Source: a virus. Taken from it: DNA of 64,000 nucleotides. A program made the translations under genes and the position numbers. Where the stretch lies: the IMG/VR virus record IMGVR_UViG_3300031695_000001, one strand, 5' to 3'. The notes beneath the pieces were generated by a model. That model was given only the letters and a program-made list of their open reading frames with translations. It was not told where the DNA came from and searched no databases. Shown one piece after another: positions 48,206-58,298 of the stretch. Numbering within the stretch: the stretch's first letter is position 1; each line of letters opens with the position of its first letter.

Positions 48206-49672
48206 ATGGCATATACAATTAATAGATACAGTGGCACTACTTTAGCAACAGTGCAAGATGGTACAGTTGATGCAACTTCCGATTTACGGTTTGTTGGTAA
48301 AAACTATGCTGGATATGGTGAGATACAGAACGAAAACTTCTTATTCTTGCTTGAAAGTTTTAGTGGAGCATCGCAACCGCCTAAAGCTATTACTGGTCAA
48401 GTGTGGTATGACACAGCAGTACAAAAATTAAAATTTTACAACGGTACTAAGTTTAAGAATACAGGCGGAGCAGAAGTTTCTGCAACACAGCCTACAGGAT
48501 TAACAGCAGGCGACTTTTGGTGGGATAGCGGAAACAATCAGTTATACGCATTTGATGGAACATCATATATCCTTATAGGACCACAAAGTACCGGCAGTGG
48601 CGTTACGCAAATGACAAGTAAAACTGTTAAAGACACTACTGCAACTAACAGAAGTGTTATTGTTGCAACAATTAACGATGAAGTAGTTTACATAATTAGT
48701 AGCCTTGAATTTACTATGGATGTTAGTGATTCATCTGCAATTACAGGATTTGACGTAGTTAAAAAGGGCTTGACAATGGTCAACACCCAAGCATCAACCA
48801 ATGGTGTTACAACTACTGATCATGTGTATCACGGAACTGCATCTAATGCATTAAGACTAGGCGGAAATTTAGCAAGCGATTTTGTACTAAGTGCAACAGG
48901 ATCTTTTAATAGTGTTATACGTTTTGCAGACGCTGGATTAACAGTAGGCGATAGTAATGATTTACTAATTACTATTGAAAATGGTAATGACGGATCTATT
49001 GCTAACCAAGTTGGTACTAACAGTATTATTAAACTTAAAGCTAACAACGCCGCAGGAGCACTAACACACTCAGCAACGTTCACAGCATTAGGCATGGCGC
49101 CTGCAACTACTAACGCATTTGATTTAGGTGCATCTGGTAATGTATGGGCAAACGTTTATGCAACAAATTTACAAGGCAATGCAACAACAGCAAGTGCATT
49201 AAAGCTATCTGGATCAGTTTACTTACCAGATGCAAGTGCTACAGCAAACACAGCGGCACTAAGAGACGCAAGCGGAAACTTAACAGCAACCTTATTTCAA
49301 GGTGTTGCTACACAAGCACGGTATGCTGACTTAGCAGAAGTATATGCCACTGATGAAATATATCCAGTTGGTACAATTATGGCAGTTGGCGGTGAAGCAG
49401 AAGCTACAGCGGCAGCGGCAAGTCATTATTGTATTGGTGTTATATCAGACAAACCAGCATACTTAATGAACTCAGAAGCTGAAGGTCAAGCAATTGGTCT
49501 TAAAGGAAGAGTTCCAGTAAGAGTTACTGGACCAGTTAAGAAAGGCCAGCCAATTTATGCTTGGGCAGACGGAGTAGGATCAACACTTGCAACTACTGGC
49601 ATGGTAGGTATTGCACTAGAGTCAGATGACTTTACTGAAGAAAAATTAATTGAGTGTGTACTAAAAGTATAA
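48206..49672 (+). CDS. Tail fibre with C-terminal intramolecular-chaperone (peptidase G2/S74-like) domain
   Basis: Same N-terminal module; ARYADLAE...GVIS..PAYLMN...GRVPVRV; TAAATA at 48176-48181. Confidence 0.8.
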   Translation: MAYTINRYSGTTLATVQDGTVDATSDLRFVGKNYAGYGEIQNENFLFLLESFSGASQPPKAITGQVWYDTAVQKLKFYNGTKFKNTGGAEVSATQPTGLTAGDFWWDSGNNQLYAFDGTSYILIGPQSTGSGVTQMTSKTVKDTTATNRSVIVATINDEVVYIISSLEFTMDVSDSSAITGFDVVKKGLTMVNTQASTNGVTTTDHVYHGTASNALRLGGNLASDFVLSATGSFNSVIRFADAGLTVGDSNDLLITIENGNDGSIANQVGTNSIIKLKANNAAGALTHSATFTALGMAPATTNAFDLGASGNVWANVYATNLQGNATTASALKLSGSVYLPDASATANTAALRDASGNLTATLFQGVATQARYADLAEVYATDEIYPVGTIMAVGGEAEATAAAASHYCIGVISDKPAYLMNSEAEGQAIGLKGRVPVRVTGPVKKGQPIYAWADGVGSTLATTGMVGIALESDDFTEEKLIECVLKV

Positions 49673-49703
49673 ATACTTAATATACGTAGTTTGAGGAAAT
49701 AAC

Positions 49704-50600
49704 ATGGCAGTAGGCGATTTAATCACAGCGGCACGATACAATAACGCACAAGCAAGAGTGGCTGCGATTATGGGAGTCGGCTCGACCACAGAAGGTTATG
49801 GACAAACTTTAAATAGTTCGCAGGTTAGTACAGCACTTACAGTTACAGCGGCACAAGTTAATGCATTATATGCTGACCTTGTAGCTGGAAGAATACACCA
49901 AACTGGGGCAACTCCTACTACTATTGTAGAAATAGTAATTGGTAATTCTATTGCTGACGCAACAAGTGACAATCCTAATGGTACAAAGAAAGGCTTCCTG
50001 GACTACGAAGCCTTAATTACAACATTTGAAGCAGATCCAGCTAGATTTGCTGTGGCAGCGTCACAGACTACTAACGGTACTGGTGTTACTAGCACAAGAA
50101 CTGCCGCCTGGAACACTGATATTGCACACGTAGTAAGAGTTGATTTTGCTACAGCTAACGCACGTAGAAATTATTTCAATGCCGGCGGCACTATTAAGTT
50201 TGAAGCTACTTTGGCAAGCGCCGGAGATGCAAAGTCGAATGATTGGGCCAGTATGTTAACTAATATGGGCACAATCGCAATGGGATACACTGCAACAACT
50301 GCAACTGGTACAGGAACAGTTACTTCAATTGGTAACTTTGATTTAACTTCATCTAATCAAATAATATTTCGCAAGCCTGGAACCGGTGTTTACTCTGCAA
50401 ACGATTATTATGTTTATGCAAAGGCAAACTCTGCAACACAGCTAGAGTTTACACTGCAATTCCAAGAAGAAGCCGCAGGCAATCCAAACTTTGACGAGCA
50501 AGTAAATGGCACACTAGTAAACTCTGTTAAGTTTAAACGCCCAAGCGGATCATATGTAACATTACCAGCACCGAGTTTTGTTACCGTAACTTCACTTTAA
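49704..50600 (+). CDS. Virion structural (tail-associated) protein
   Basis: 298 aa, Thr/Ala/Gly-rich, ARRNYFNAGG; TATAAATA at 49668-49675. Confidence 0.65.
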   Translation: MAVGDLITAARYNNAQARVAAIMGVGSTTEGYGQTLNSSQVSTALTVTAAQVNALYADLVAGRIHQTGATPTTIVEIVIGNSIADATSDNPNGTKKGFLDYEALITTFEADPARFAVAASQTTNGTGVTSTRTAAWNTDIAHVVRVDFATANARRNYFNAGGTIKFEATLASAGDAKSNDWASMLTNMGTIAMGYTATTATGTGTVTSIGNFDLTSSNQIIFRKPGTGVYSANDYYVYAKANSATQLEFTLQFQEEAAGNPNFDEQVNGTLVNSVKFKRPSGSYVTLPAPSFVTVTSL

Positions 50601-50603
50601 CCA

Positions 50604-50632
50604 TTGACAACACCCGCTTATTAGTATATACT
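50604..50632 (+). promoter_or_regulatory. Sigma70-type promoter for the glycosyltransferase/radical SAM operon
   Basis: TTGACA-17 nt-TATACT, followed by AAGGAG RBS. Confidence 0.85.
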
Positions 50633-50658
50633 ATATAGTATACATTTAAGGAGCAACT

Positions 50659-50994
50659 ATGGACGAACGACTAGAAGAAGCATTAGCCGTTAGTAAAGCG
50701 TTAGAAACACATCAAAATCAAAAGAATATTCTACATAAGCAATACAAAGATAATCTAATCTATTACTTTGATGGACAAAAAATTAGTGTAGATCTTTCAT
50801 TAATTGCGTATTGTACAACAAAAACAATGCCAATAGTTATTATTGATGATAATAAGACTCCAGTGCTTATTGATGACATAGAAGAATTTACTAAAAAAAT
50901 AACAGCAATGTATGAAACTGCTTCTCGTAAGTACTTTATGGAGTTTAAAAAGATTAAGTCAAAAAGATCAGTAAAGGAACTTATTGACTTATGA
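50659..50994 (+). CDS. Hypothetical protein
   Basis: 111 aa, strong RBS, first gene of the operon. Confidence 0.8.
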   Translation: MDERLEEALAVSKALETHQNQKNILHKQYKDNLIYYFDGQKISVDLSLIAYCTTKTMPIVIIDDNKTPVLIDDIEEFTKKITAMYETASRKYFMEFKKIKSKRSVKELIDL

Positions 50995-51839
50995 CGCAAG
51001 GTGTACTGTTATTTGCGTATAATTCTAAAAACATGGATTATACAAAGCAAGCTATATATTGTGCTAAACTTATTAAGCAACACCTTGGCAAAGAGGTTGC
51101 ACTAGTAACTGATGACGAATCATACCTTAACCGACAATATCCCTTTTACAAAAAATATATAGACCATGTTATTATTACAGGTCATGAAGATGCTGTACAA
51201 GAGCGAGTGTATAACGATGGGTTGTATCACAGTGATAAACAACGTTGGTACAATACTAATAGAAGTTCGTGTTTTGAATTATCTCCGTTTGATGAAACAA
51301 TTGTAATAGATACTGATGTTTTAATTTTTAATGACGAGTTAAACAAATGCTTTGGATCTTCTGAAGATTTCCTAATATCAAAAGACTACAATTTTGTAGA
51401 CATGAAACGAGACTATTCTGAGTTTGACAAAGTATCTGAAACAACATGCGATATGTTTTGGGCAACTGCATTTTATTTTAAGAAAACAGATTTCACAACT
51501 GTATTTTTTAACCTTATAGAACACATTAAAGAAAACTGGCATTTTTATAGATTAGTTTATGAAATTGCAGAAATTAAGTTTAGAAATGATTATGCATTTA
51601 GTATTGCTATACATACGTTACGCGGAATGAAAGATGCTACATGGCCGTTGCGTGTTCCTGCAAGTATATGGATCACAGTAGATAAAGATATCTTATATTC
51701 AATTGACGATACTAAGTTAACAGTGTTATTACACAAAGATTATGATTATCAATTAAGTGCAATTAGTGATGCTACTGTACACGTAATGAATAAGTTTTCA
51801 TTAGAGCGGTGCATTGATAAGGTGTTTGAAAATGAGTAA
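50991..51839 (+). CDS. GT-A fold glycosyltransferase-like protein
   Basis: SPFDETIVIDTD (DxD) and FRNDYAFSIA. Confidence 0.65.
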   Translation: MTQGVLLFAYNSKNMDYTKQAIYCAKLIKQHLGKEVALVTDDESYLNRQYPFYKKYIDHVIITGHEDAVQERVYNDGLYHSDKQRWYNTNRSSCFELSPFDETIVIDTDVLIFNDELNKCFGSSEDFLISKDYNFVDMKRDYSEFDKVSETTCDMFWATAFYFKKTDFTTVFFNLIEHIKENWHFYRLVYEIAEIKFRNDYAFSIAIHTLRGMKDATWPLRVPASIWITVDKDILYSIDDTKLTVLLHKDYDYQLSAISDATVHVMNKFSLERCIDKVFENE

Positions 51840-52674
51840 CGGTGTTTGTTTACTAGCGCAAAATAATATCAAGACTAATTATGTCCGGCAAGCATACGCA
51901 CTTGCATTAAGTATTGTTGCAAAGTCTCCTAATCAAAAAGTAAGTCTTATTACTAATGATCCTGTAAGTGACAAGTATAAAAAGGTATTTGATCAAATTA
52001 TTCCTATTCCGTGGTCAGACGATTGTTCCGACGACAGTGACTGGAAAATTGAAAATAGGTGGAAAGTTTATCACGCAACTCCTTACCGTAACACAATGGT
52101 ATTTGATGTTGATATGTTAGTACTTGAAGACTTAGATATTTACTGGAAACAGCTACAAAAAAATAACGTTGATCACGACATATTATTTACAACACAGGTA
52201 GTTAATTATCGAAACGAAGTTGTTACTAATAGATATTATAGAAGAACCTTTGATGCAAATGATTTACCTAATTTATATTCAGGAATGTATTATTTTAAAA
52301 AAGCAGAAACAACAAAACAATTTTTTGGGTTGTTAAAAACTGTTATGTGGAACTGGGGCGACTTTTATAAAATTAGTTTAAGTAAGATACCACAAGAATG
52401 GTGTAGCTTTGATGTGTGTACTGCAATAACTGCAAAGCTATTAGATAGAATGTACACAGTGGGTGATAAGAATAACATACTAGAGTTTACACATATGAAA
52501 ACTCGTTTACAAAATGTACCATTAGGTGAAAAATGGACAGACACCTTGTTTGTTGATTTTAATAGCGATCTTGAATTAATAGTTGGCGGATTAAAACAGT
52601 CGGGTGTATTTCATTATGTTGAGGACGAGTTTTTAACAGACAGAATAATAGATATTTTAGAGGATGCAGTATGA
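51832..52674 (+). CDS. GT-A fold glycosyltransferase-like protein (paralog of the preceding gene)
   Basis: TPYRNTMVFDVDML (DxD), NLYSG.YYFKK, FTHMK; likely start is the ATG at 51832 overlapping the upstream gene end. Confidence 0.65.
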   Translation: MSNGVCLLAQNNIKTNYVRQAYALALSIVAKSPNQKVSLITNDPVSDKYKKVFDQIIPIPWSDDCSDDSDWKIENRWKVYHATPYRNTMVFDVDMLVLEDLDIYWKQLQKNNVDHDILFTTQVVNYRNEVVTNRYYRRTFDANDLPNLYSGMYYFKKAETTKQFFGLLKTVMWNWGDFYKISLSKIPQEWCSFDVCTAITAKLLDRMYTVGDKNNILEFTHMKTRLQNVPLGEKWTDTLFVDFNSDLELIVGGLKQSGVFHYVEDEFLTDRIIDILEDAV

Positions 52675-53291
52675 GTTATTATGCATATTACAATGAAAAG
52701 TTTGAAGTAACAATAATTAGTAATGAGCTTGATAATACTACACATGATATGTTTATTATTATTGACGAAGTTATGTTTTTAGCATTTGCAGAAGAAAAGA
52801 TTAACTATTCTAATTATGCAGTAATCGGCGGGAAGCTAACATTAAAAGCAGAGCTTGAATTAGAAAAATATACAGACTCTAGAATTCCAGTAACACTTAC
52901 TGACGAAGTATTTGAAAACTGCTTAATGGTAACACAAGATAAAAAAAATAAACATTGGTTTGCACAGTGTTATGTTAGTACAGAAGTTATTGAGAATTTT
53001 GTATTACTACCTAAAGAGCATATTGAAAAAAAGATATTTACATTCTACGTAGTATCAAAGGATAACAGATTTATTTTACTAGACACTATCAAAGTGCCTG
53101 CTAAAAATATTCTAACTAAAAAAGAAAGCTGGCGGCAACATGGATTGCGTGACAACGAAGATGTTGAAGTATTTACATCACCGGCATACACTATTGCAGA
53201 TTTTGATACATCAGTAGTAACACAGGATGTTAGATTACTGTGTCGTAGAGATTTCTTAACGTATCATCATAAAGTAGGAGAGTTGGCATGA
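52671..53291 (+). CDS. Hypothetical protein
   Basis: 206 aa, ATGA-coupled at both ends. Confidence 0.75.
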   Translation: MSYYAYYNEKFEVTIISNELDNTTHDMFIIIDEVMFLAFAEEKINYSNYAVIGGKLTLKAELELEKYTDSRIPVTLTDEVFENCLMVTQDKKNKHWFAQCYVSTEVIENFVLLPKEHIEKKIFTFYVVSKDNRFILLDTIKVPAKNILTKKESWRQHGLRDNEDVEVFTSPAYTIADFDTSVVTQDVRLLCRRDFLTYHHKVGELA

Positions 53292-54208
53292 AAATTATAG
53301 ATTATGATATCATTTATTTGAGTTATGATGAACCAAATGCAGAAAAAAATTATGCAGACTTATTAAGCAAAGTGCCTTGGGCAAAGCGTGTACATGGTGT
53401 AGAAGGCAGTGATGCCGCACACAAAGCATGTGCTAAACTAAGTGAAACAGATCGCTTTATTACAGTAGATGGCGACAACATTATTAATGCAGAGTTTTTA
53501 GGACAAGAACTTGACTTTGATGATCATGCAGACTTAGAACATAGTGTAATTAGTTGGTGCGGCAGGAACATAATTAACGGATTAATGTACGGCAATGGTG
53601 GATTAAAATGTTGGCCAAAGCAGTATGTGTTAGATATGAAAACACATGAAAATGCAGAAGCAGACAATCCGCATGCACAAGTTGACTTTTGCTGGGATCT
53701 AAAATACATACAGCAAAACAGTTGGTATAGCGATGTGCATAATAATGAAACTGCACTACAAGCATGGAGGGCAGGTTTCCGTGAAGGTGTTAAGATGTCA
53801 TTAGATCAAGGAGTGCGACCAACTAAAGAAGCGTTCTTACAAGGCCATTGGAAAAACTTACATAGATTGTGGGTGTGGTTAATGGCAGGCGCTGATGTGG
53901 AAAATGGACTATGGGCTATTTATGGTGCTCGAGAAGGATTGTACATGACAATGTGTACAGATTGGGATTATGTACAAGTTAGAGATTTTGAATATTTAAA
54001 CGAGTACTGGAATAAAACAGTTAGTGTATATATAAATGACGACAACTTGCTGGAATCAATTCAACGGTTAGGCAACAGTCTTATTGATGAATTAGAAATA
54101 CCCATTGCTAAAAATCCTTTAGATGCACAACAAAGTAAGTTCTTTAAAGAAGTTTACCAGAATCCAAGTAGAAACAGCAGAAAACAGTTTGTGATTGATC
54201 CTGAATGA
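53288..54208 (+). CDS. GT-A fold glycosyltransferase-like protein
   Basis: DIIYLSYDEP, RVHGV.G...AH, FITVDGD (DxD), AWRAGFREG. Confidence 0.6.
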   Translation: MKIIDYDIIYLSYDEPNAEKNYADLLSKVPWAKRVHGVEGSDAAHKACAKLSETDRFITVDGDNIINAEFLGQELDFDDHADLEHSVISWCGRNIINGLMYGNGGLKCWPKQYVLDMKTHENAEADNPHAQVDFCWDLKYIQQNSWYSDVHNNETALQAWRAGFREGVKMSLDQGVRPTKEAFLQGHWKNLHRLWVWLMAGADVENGLWAIYGAREGLYMTMCTDWDYVQVRDFEYLNEYWNKTVSVYINDDNLLESIQRLGNSLIDELEIPIAKNPLDAQQSKFFKEVYQNPSRNSRKQFVIDPE

Positions 54209-55575
54209 GCAACGAACAACGCATAACAGAATTAAAACTAAAAAAAGATCTAATAAATTCTGTTAGTTGTAGTTTCTGTACGGCTAAGTGGTTACAAACA
54301 ACCCTTATGTTACAAAATGGATATAATCATAGTTGCCACCACCCGGCACCGCATAAAATTCCATTAGAAGAAATAGAAGCAGACCCTGCGGCATTGCACA
54401 ATAGTAAGTTTAAAAAAGAACAACGTGCTATGATGTTAAAAGGCGACCGCCCTTTAGAATGTGATTACTGTTGGAAGATTGAAGATTTAGATAAAGAGTA
54501 TTTTTCAGACAGACACTATAAAACAGCAGATACTTGGGCATGGGATAGGTTTGAAGATATTGCTAAAAGTGATCCACAAGACAATGTGTATCCTAGTTAC
54601 TTAGAAGTTAGTTTTAGTAATGCTTGCAACTTTGCGTGTGCTTACTGCTCGCCTGAAATTAGCAGTAAGTGGATGGAGGATATAAAACAAAATGGTGAGT
54701 ATCCAGACGGTGCTCATAATTTAGATTACTTAAAGAAAACAGGTAAATTTCCATATGCAAACAACGAAGACAATCCGTATGTAACAGCATTTTGGAAATG
54801 GTTTCCTGATGCACTTCCGCATTTAAAAGTTCTACGTATTACAGGCGGCGAACCTACAATGAGTAAAGATACTTGGAAGTTATTAGATTACATAATTAAT
54901 AATCCACAACCTCAATTAGAAATTGCAGTTAATACAAATTTAAATGTTCCAGCAAAGCTAATAGATAAATTAATATACTATAGCGGCGAGCTTGAAGGTA
55001 AACTTAAAAAGTTTGACATATACACAAGTGCTGAAGCAGTTGGTGATCAAAATGATTATGTAAGAGATGGAATGAATTACAAAGTTTGGATGACTAATGT
55101 ACATCGTATGTTGTATGAAACTAATAGTACTGTAGCAATAATGACAACTATTAATATTTTAAGTTTGCCTAGCTTTGCTAAATTTATACAAGACGTTATG
55201 GAACTTAGAAAAGATTACAATTTAAATTTTGAACACAATAGAATTCCGTTAAGCATTAACTATCTTAGATGGCCTTTGCATTTACAAACTATACTATTAG
55301 ATAAAGAACAACGTGTAAAGTACGCTAATGAAATTGAAAGTACTTCAGAAGCATGGCTCAAGTATTACAGTAAAGAAAAATATGCTAGAATTTACTTAGA
55401 AGAATTTGATCAAATAAAACGGTTGTGTAACTATCTTAGAAACACAGAACCAGCTATTCAATATCGTGGTAACTTTTGCAGATATATACATGCATACGAT
55501 AAGCGTCGAAACAAAAACTTTAAGAATACTTTTCCAGAGTACTCAACATTATTAGAGGATTGGCATGCCAGCTAA
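54205..55575 (+). CDS. Radical SAM enzyme 1 with N-terminal Cys (SPASM/twitch-like) domain
   Basis: CNFACAYC, TGGEP; N-terminal FC..KW, SCHH, CDYC. Confidence 0.9.
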   Translation: MSNEQRITELKLKKDLINSVSCSFCTAKWLQTTLMLQNGYNHSCHHPAPHKIPLEEIEADPAALHNSKFKKEQRAMMLKGDRPLECDYCWKIEDLDKEYFSDRHYKTADTWAWDRFEDIAKSDPQDNVYPSYLEVSFSNACNFACAYCSPEISSKWMEDIKQNGEYPDGAHNLDYLKKTGKFPYANNEDNPYVTAFWKWFPDALPHLKVLRITGGEPTMSKDTWKLLDYIINNPQPQLEIAVNTNLNVPAKLIDKLIYYSGELEGKLKKFDIYTSAEAVGDQNDYVRDGMNYKVWMTNVHRMLYETNSTVAIMTTINILSLPSFAKFIQDVMELRKDYNLNFEHNRIPLSINYLRWPLHLQTILLDKEQRVKYANEIESTSEAWLKYYSKEKYARIYLEEFDQIKRLCNYLRNTEPAIQYRGNFCRYIHAYDKRRNKNFKNTFPEYSTLLEDWHAS

Positions 55576-57010
55576 ACAAGATGAAACATTGCTACAGTAC
55601 AGGCAACGTATAATAGATCCAAAGAGTACTAGCTTCTGTGGTGCAAAATGGTTTAATGCAACTACTTGGTTAGGTAGTGGTACAACTGCTAGTTGTCACC
55701 ACCCGCCGGCACATCAGATTCCATTAGAAGAAGTAGAAGAAAACTACACAGCAATTCATAACACTAAACATAAGAAAGAAATGCGCAGGCAAATGCAAAA
55801 GGGCGAACGCCCTGCAGAGTGTGAGTATTGCTGGAAGATGGAAGATATGAAAAAAAATGCAGTTAGTGATCGCACCTTTAAAACTATTATCTATACAGAC
55901 GAAGAACTACAGGCTGCATATGATGCAGACTGGAATGAAAATGCTAATCTTAAAACATTTGAAATAGCATTTGATCGAGTTTGCAACCTAGCATGTAGTT
56001 ACTGCAATGCTAGTTTTAGTACTACATGGGCAAAAGATATTAATAAGAATGGTCCTTATGAAAACTTAGTCAGTGATGGCGCAGGTGCGTTTAAACACAA
56101 TGGTGATTGGGCCGCTCCGTACAATGATGATGCAGACAATCCTTATATACAAGCATTTTGGAAATGGTGGGATAACGGTCTTGCAGATAGTTTAGATGAA
56201 CTACGCATTACAGGCGGCGAACCATTAATGAGCGGCAACACTTGGAAACTATTTGATTGGTATTCTAAACAGAAATCAGATATGCGATTTGCTATTAACT
56301 CGAACTTAATTGCAAAAGAAAGCATTATTAATAAGTTAATTGAGAAAGCCCAAGGAATTAAAAAGTTCCACATTTATACTAGCTGTGAAGCAGTTGGTGA
56401 ACAAGCTGAATACATCCGAGACGGGCTAGTTTACGATCAATGGGTAAACAACGTAACACGTATTTTAGATGAAACTGACGTAGAGCTACATTGCATGATG
56501 ACTATTAATAGCTTATGCTTGTTTAGTATTACAGAATTTCTTGATCAAATATATACGCTAAAAGAACGTACAGGAACAAAAACGCCGACAGTAAGTTTAA
56601 ACTTATTACGTTTTCCAAGTTTCCAAAGTCCTTTAGCATTGCCAGTACATCTTAAAGATTATTGCTACAATAAACTAAATGATTGGTATAACGCAAACAA
56701 GCACAAAGCGTTATGGCACGAGCATGAAAAAGCAAGCATTGAACGCTTAATAGATTATCTAGTTACTGTAGATGCTCCGCATAGACGCACAAGCAATCCT
56801 GTAACACTATGGCGTGACTTCAAAACATTTTATGCACAATACGATGTAAGACGAAATAAAAACATAAACGTGTTTCCTAAAATCCTAACAGATTGGATAG
56901 AAAGTATTCCTGATACAGATTCAAGTATTATGGAACTTGCAGAAAAAGAAGGTTGGATATTAAATCCTGACAATAAGAATATTGCCAAGGAACTAGCTAC
57001 GTATGAGTGA
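55565..57010 (+). CDS. Radical SAM enzyme 2
   Basis: CNLACSYC, TGGEP; FC..KW, SCHH, CEYC. Confidence 0.9.
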   Translation: MPAKQDETLLQYRQRIIDPKSTSFCGAKWFNATTWLGSGTTASCHHPPAHQIPLEEVEENYTAIHNTKHKKEMRRQMQKGERPAECEYCWKMEDMKKNAVSDRTFKTIIYTDEELQAAYDADWNENANLKTFEIAFDRVCNLACSYCNASFSTTWAKDINKNGPYENLVSDGAGAFKHNGDWAAPYNDDADNPYIQAFWKWWDNGLADSLDELRITGGEPLMSGNTWKLFDWYSKQKSDMRFAINSNLIAKESIINKLIEKAQGIKKFHIYTSCEAVGEQAEYIRDGLVYDQWVNNVTRILDETDVELHCMMTINSLCLFSITEFLDQIYTLKERTGTKTPTVSLNLLRFPSFQSPLALPVHLKDYCYNKLNDWYNANKHKALWHEHEKASIERLIDYLVTVDAPHRRTSNPVTLWRDFKTFYAQYDVRRNKNINVFPKILTDWIESIPDTDSSIMELAEKEGWILNPDNKNIAKELATYE

Positions 57011-58298
57011 GTATTTCTGTGTAGCACCGTGGACACATACATACGTTAGCCCTCAAGGTGAACGTAGACTTTGTTGTGCAAGCAGAGAAGAACCTCAGTT
57101 CCAAAAGCAATATATTGATAGCGGCGACAATAACAATACAGAGTTTAATCCGTCTACATTAAAAGAGCATTGGAATAGTGCATACATGAAAGATATACGG
57201 AAACGTATGTTAGCTGGTGAAAAATTAAGTCAGTGTGATGTGTGTAATAATCAAATACTAAACTTACACACTTATAAAAGCTATTTTAATAATACATTGT
57301 TTCCAAACAAGATACAGGATATTATTGATAACACTGCGGAAGACGGGCACACTACGTTAACTCCAGTTAGCTATGATTATAGAATTTCAAATTTATGTAA
57401 TTTCAAATGCCGTATGTGCGGAGAACAACTAAGTTCAAGTTGGGAAACAGAAAAAATAATACATGATAGAGTTAACTATGATGATGCTAAATGGATGGTA
57501 CCCGACACTCGTAAAAAGATTTCAAGATTTCAAAAAGACGTATTAGAAGTAGAATTACAAGAAGCAGTCGACAACGGAACTGTTGAAGAAATATACTGGG
57601 TAGGCGGCGAGCCTCTAATGTATGACATACATTGGAGAATAATGCAACAGCTAGTAGATAGCGGTAAAAGTAAAGATGTAGTTATTCGTTATAATACAAA
57701 CCTAAGCAGAGTTATATATAAAAATTATAGTTTATATGATTTGCTTCCTCATTTTAAAAAAGTAAATGTATGTGCAAGTATTGATGGTGTTGGTACTGTA
57801 GGAGAGTATATACGCACAGGATTAAAATGGAACCAGTGGATTGATAATTTTAAGCAGGGGCATTTTTTAATTGACCAATACGGTGACGATGCATTAGTAT
57901 TTGACGTTACACTTACGACTCCAGGGTTGTTTGATTTAAAAAATATGTTTGATTGTGTTACTGAGCTAGGAGTAAAAAGCTATTTTAAAATAACCTTTGC
58001 TTTTGATCCTTCGGTAGTAATGAGTCCGTTGTGTTTGCCTAAAGATATACTAGAAGAAACAGTTAACGAATTATTAGAATATATGGAGCCTCGTGTTACT
58101 CCAAAAACACAAGTTTATATAGATACACTTAAAAACTTATTAACTCGCCCAACGTTTTATGAATCATATTCAGATGCAGAGAAAGGTATTAAACAGGGAA
58201 AAAGGAATATAGAATTTTTAGAAAGTATTAGAGACTGTGACGTAACTTTTAGAAGTATACTTAATGATCGTGCTAAAGAATGGTGGGACAAAATATGA
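57003..58298 (+). CDS. Radical SAM enzyme 3
   Basis: CNFKCRMC, GGEP; FCVAPW, LCC, CDVC. Confidence 0.9.
   Translation: MSEYFCVAPWTHTYVSPQGERRLCCASREEPQFQKQYIDSGDNNNTEFNPSTLKEHWNSAYMKDIRKRMLAGEKLSQCDVCNNQILNLHTYKSYFNNTLFPNKIQDIIDNTAEDGHTTLTPVSYDYRISNLCNFKCRMCGEQLSSSWETEKIIHDRVNYDDAKWMVPDTRKKISRFQKDVLEVELQEAVDNGTVEEIYWVGGEPLMYDIHWRIMQQLVDSGKSKDVVIRYNTNLSRVIYKNYSLYDLLPHFKKVNVCASIDGVGTVGEYIRTGLKWNQWIDNFKQGHFLIDQYGDDALVFDVTLTTPGLFDLKNMFDCVTELGVKSYFKITFAFDPSVVMSPLCLPKDILEETVNELLEYMEPRVTPKTQVYIDTLKNLLTRPTFYESYSDAEKGIKQGKRNIEFLESIRDCDVTFRSILNDRAKEWWDKI

Noticed and set aside
44332-50600. Diversity-generating retroelement or invertible fibre cassette
   Set aside because: No reverse transcriptase or invertase, and no near-identical TR/VR or inverted repeat pair noticed in this window
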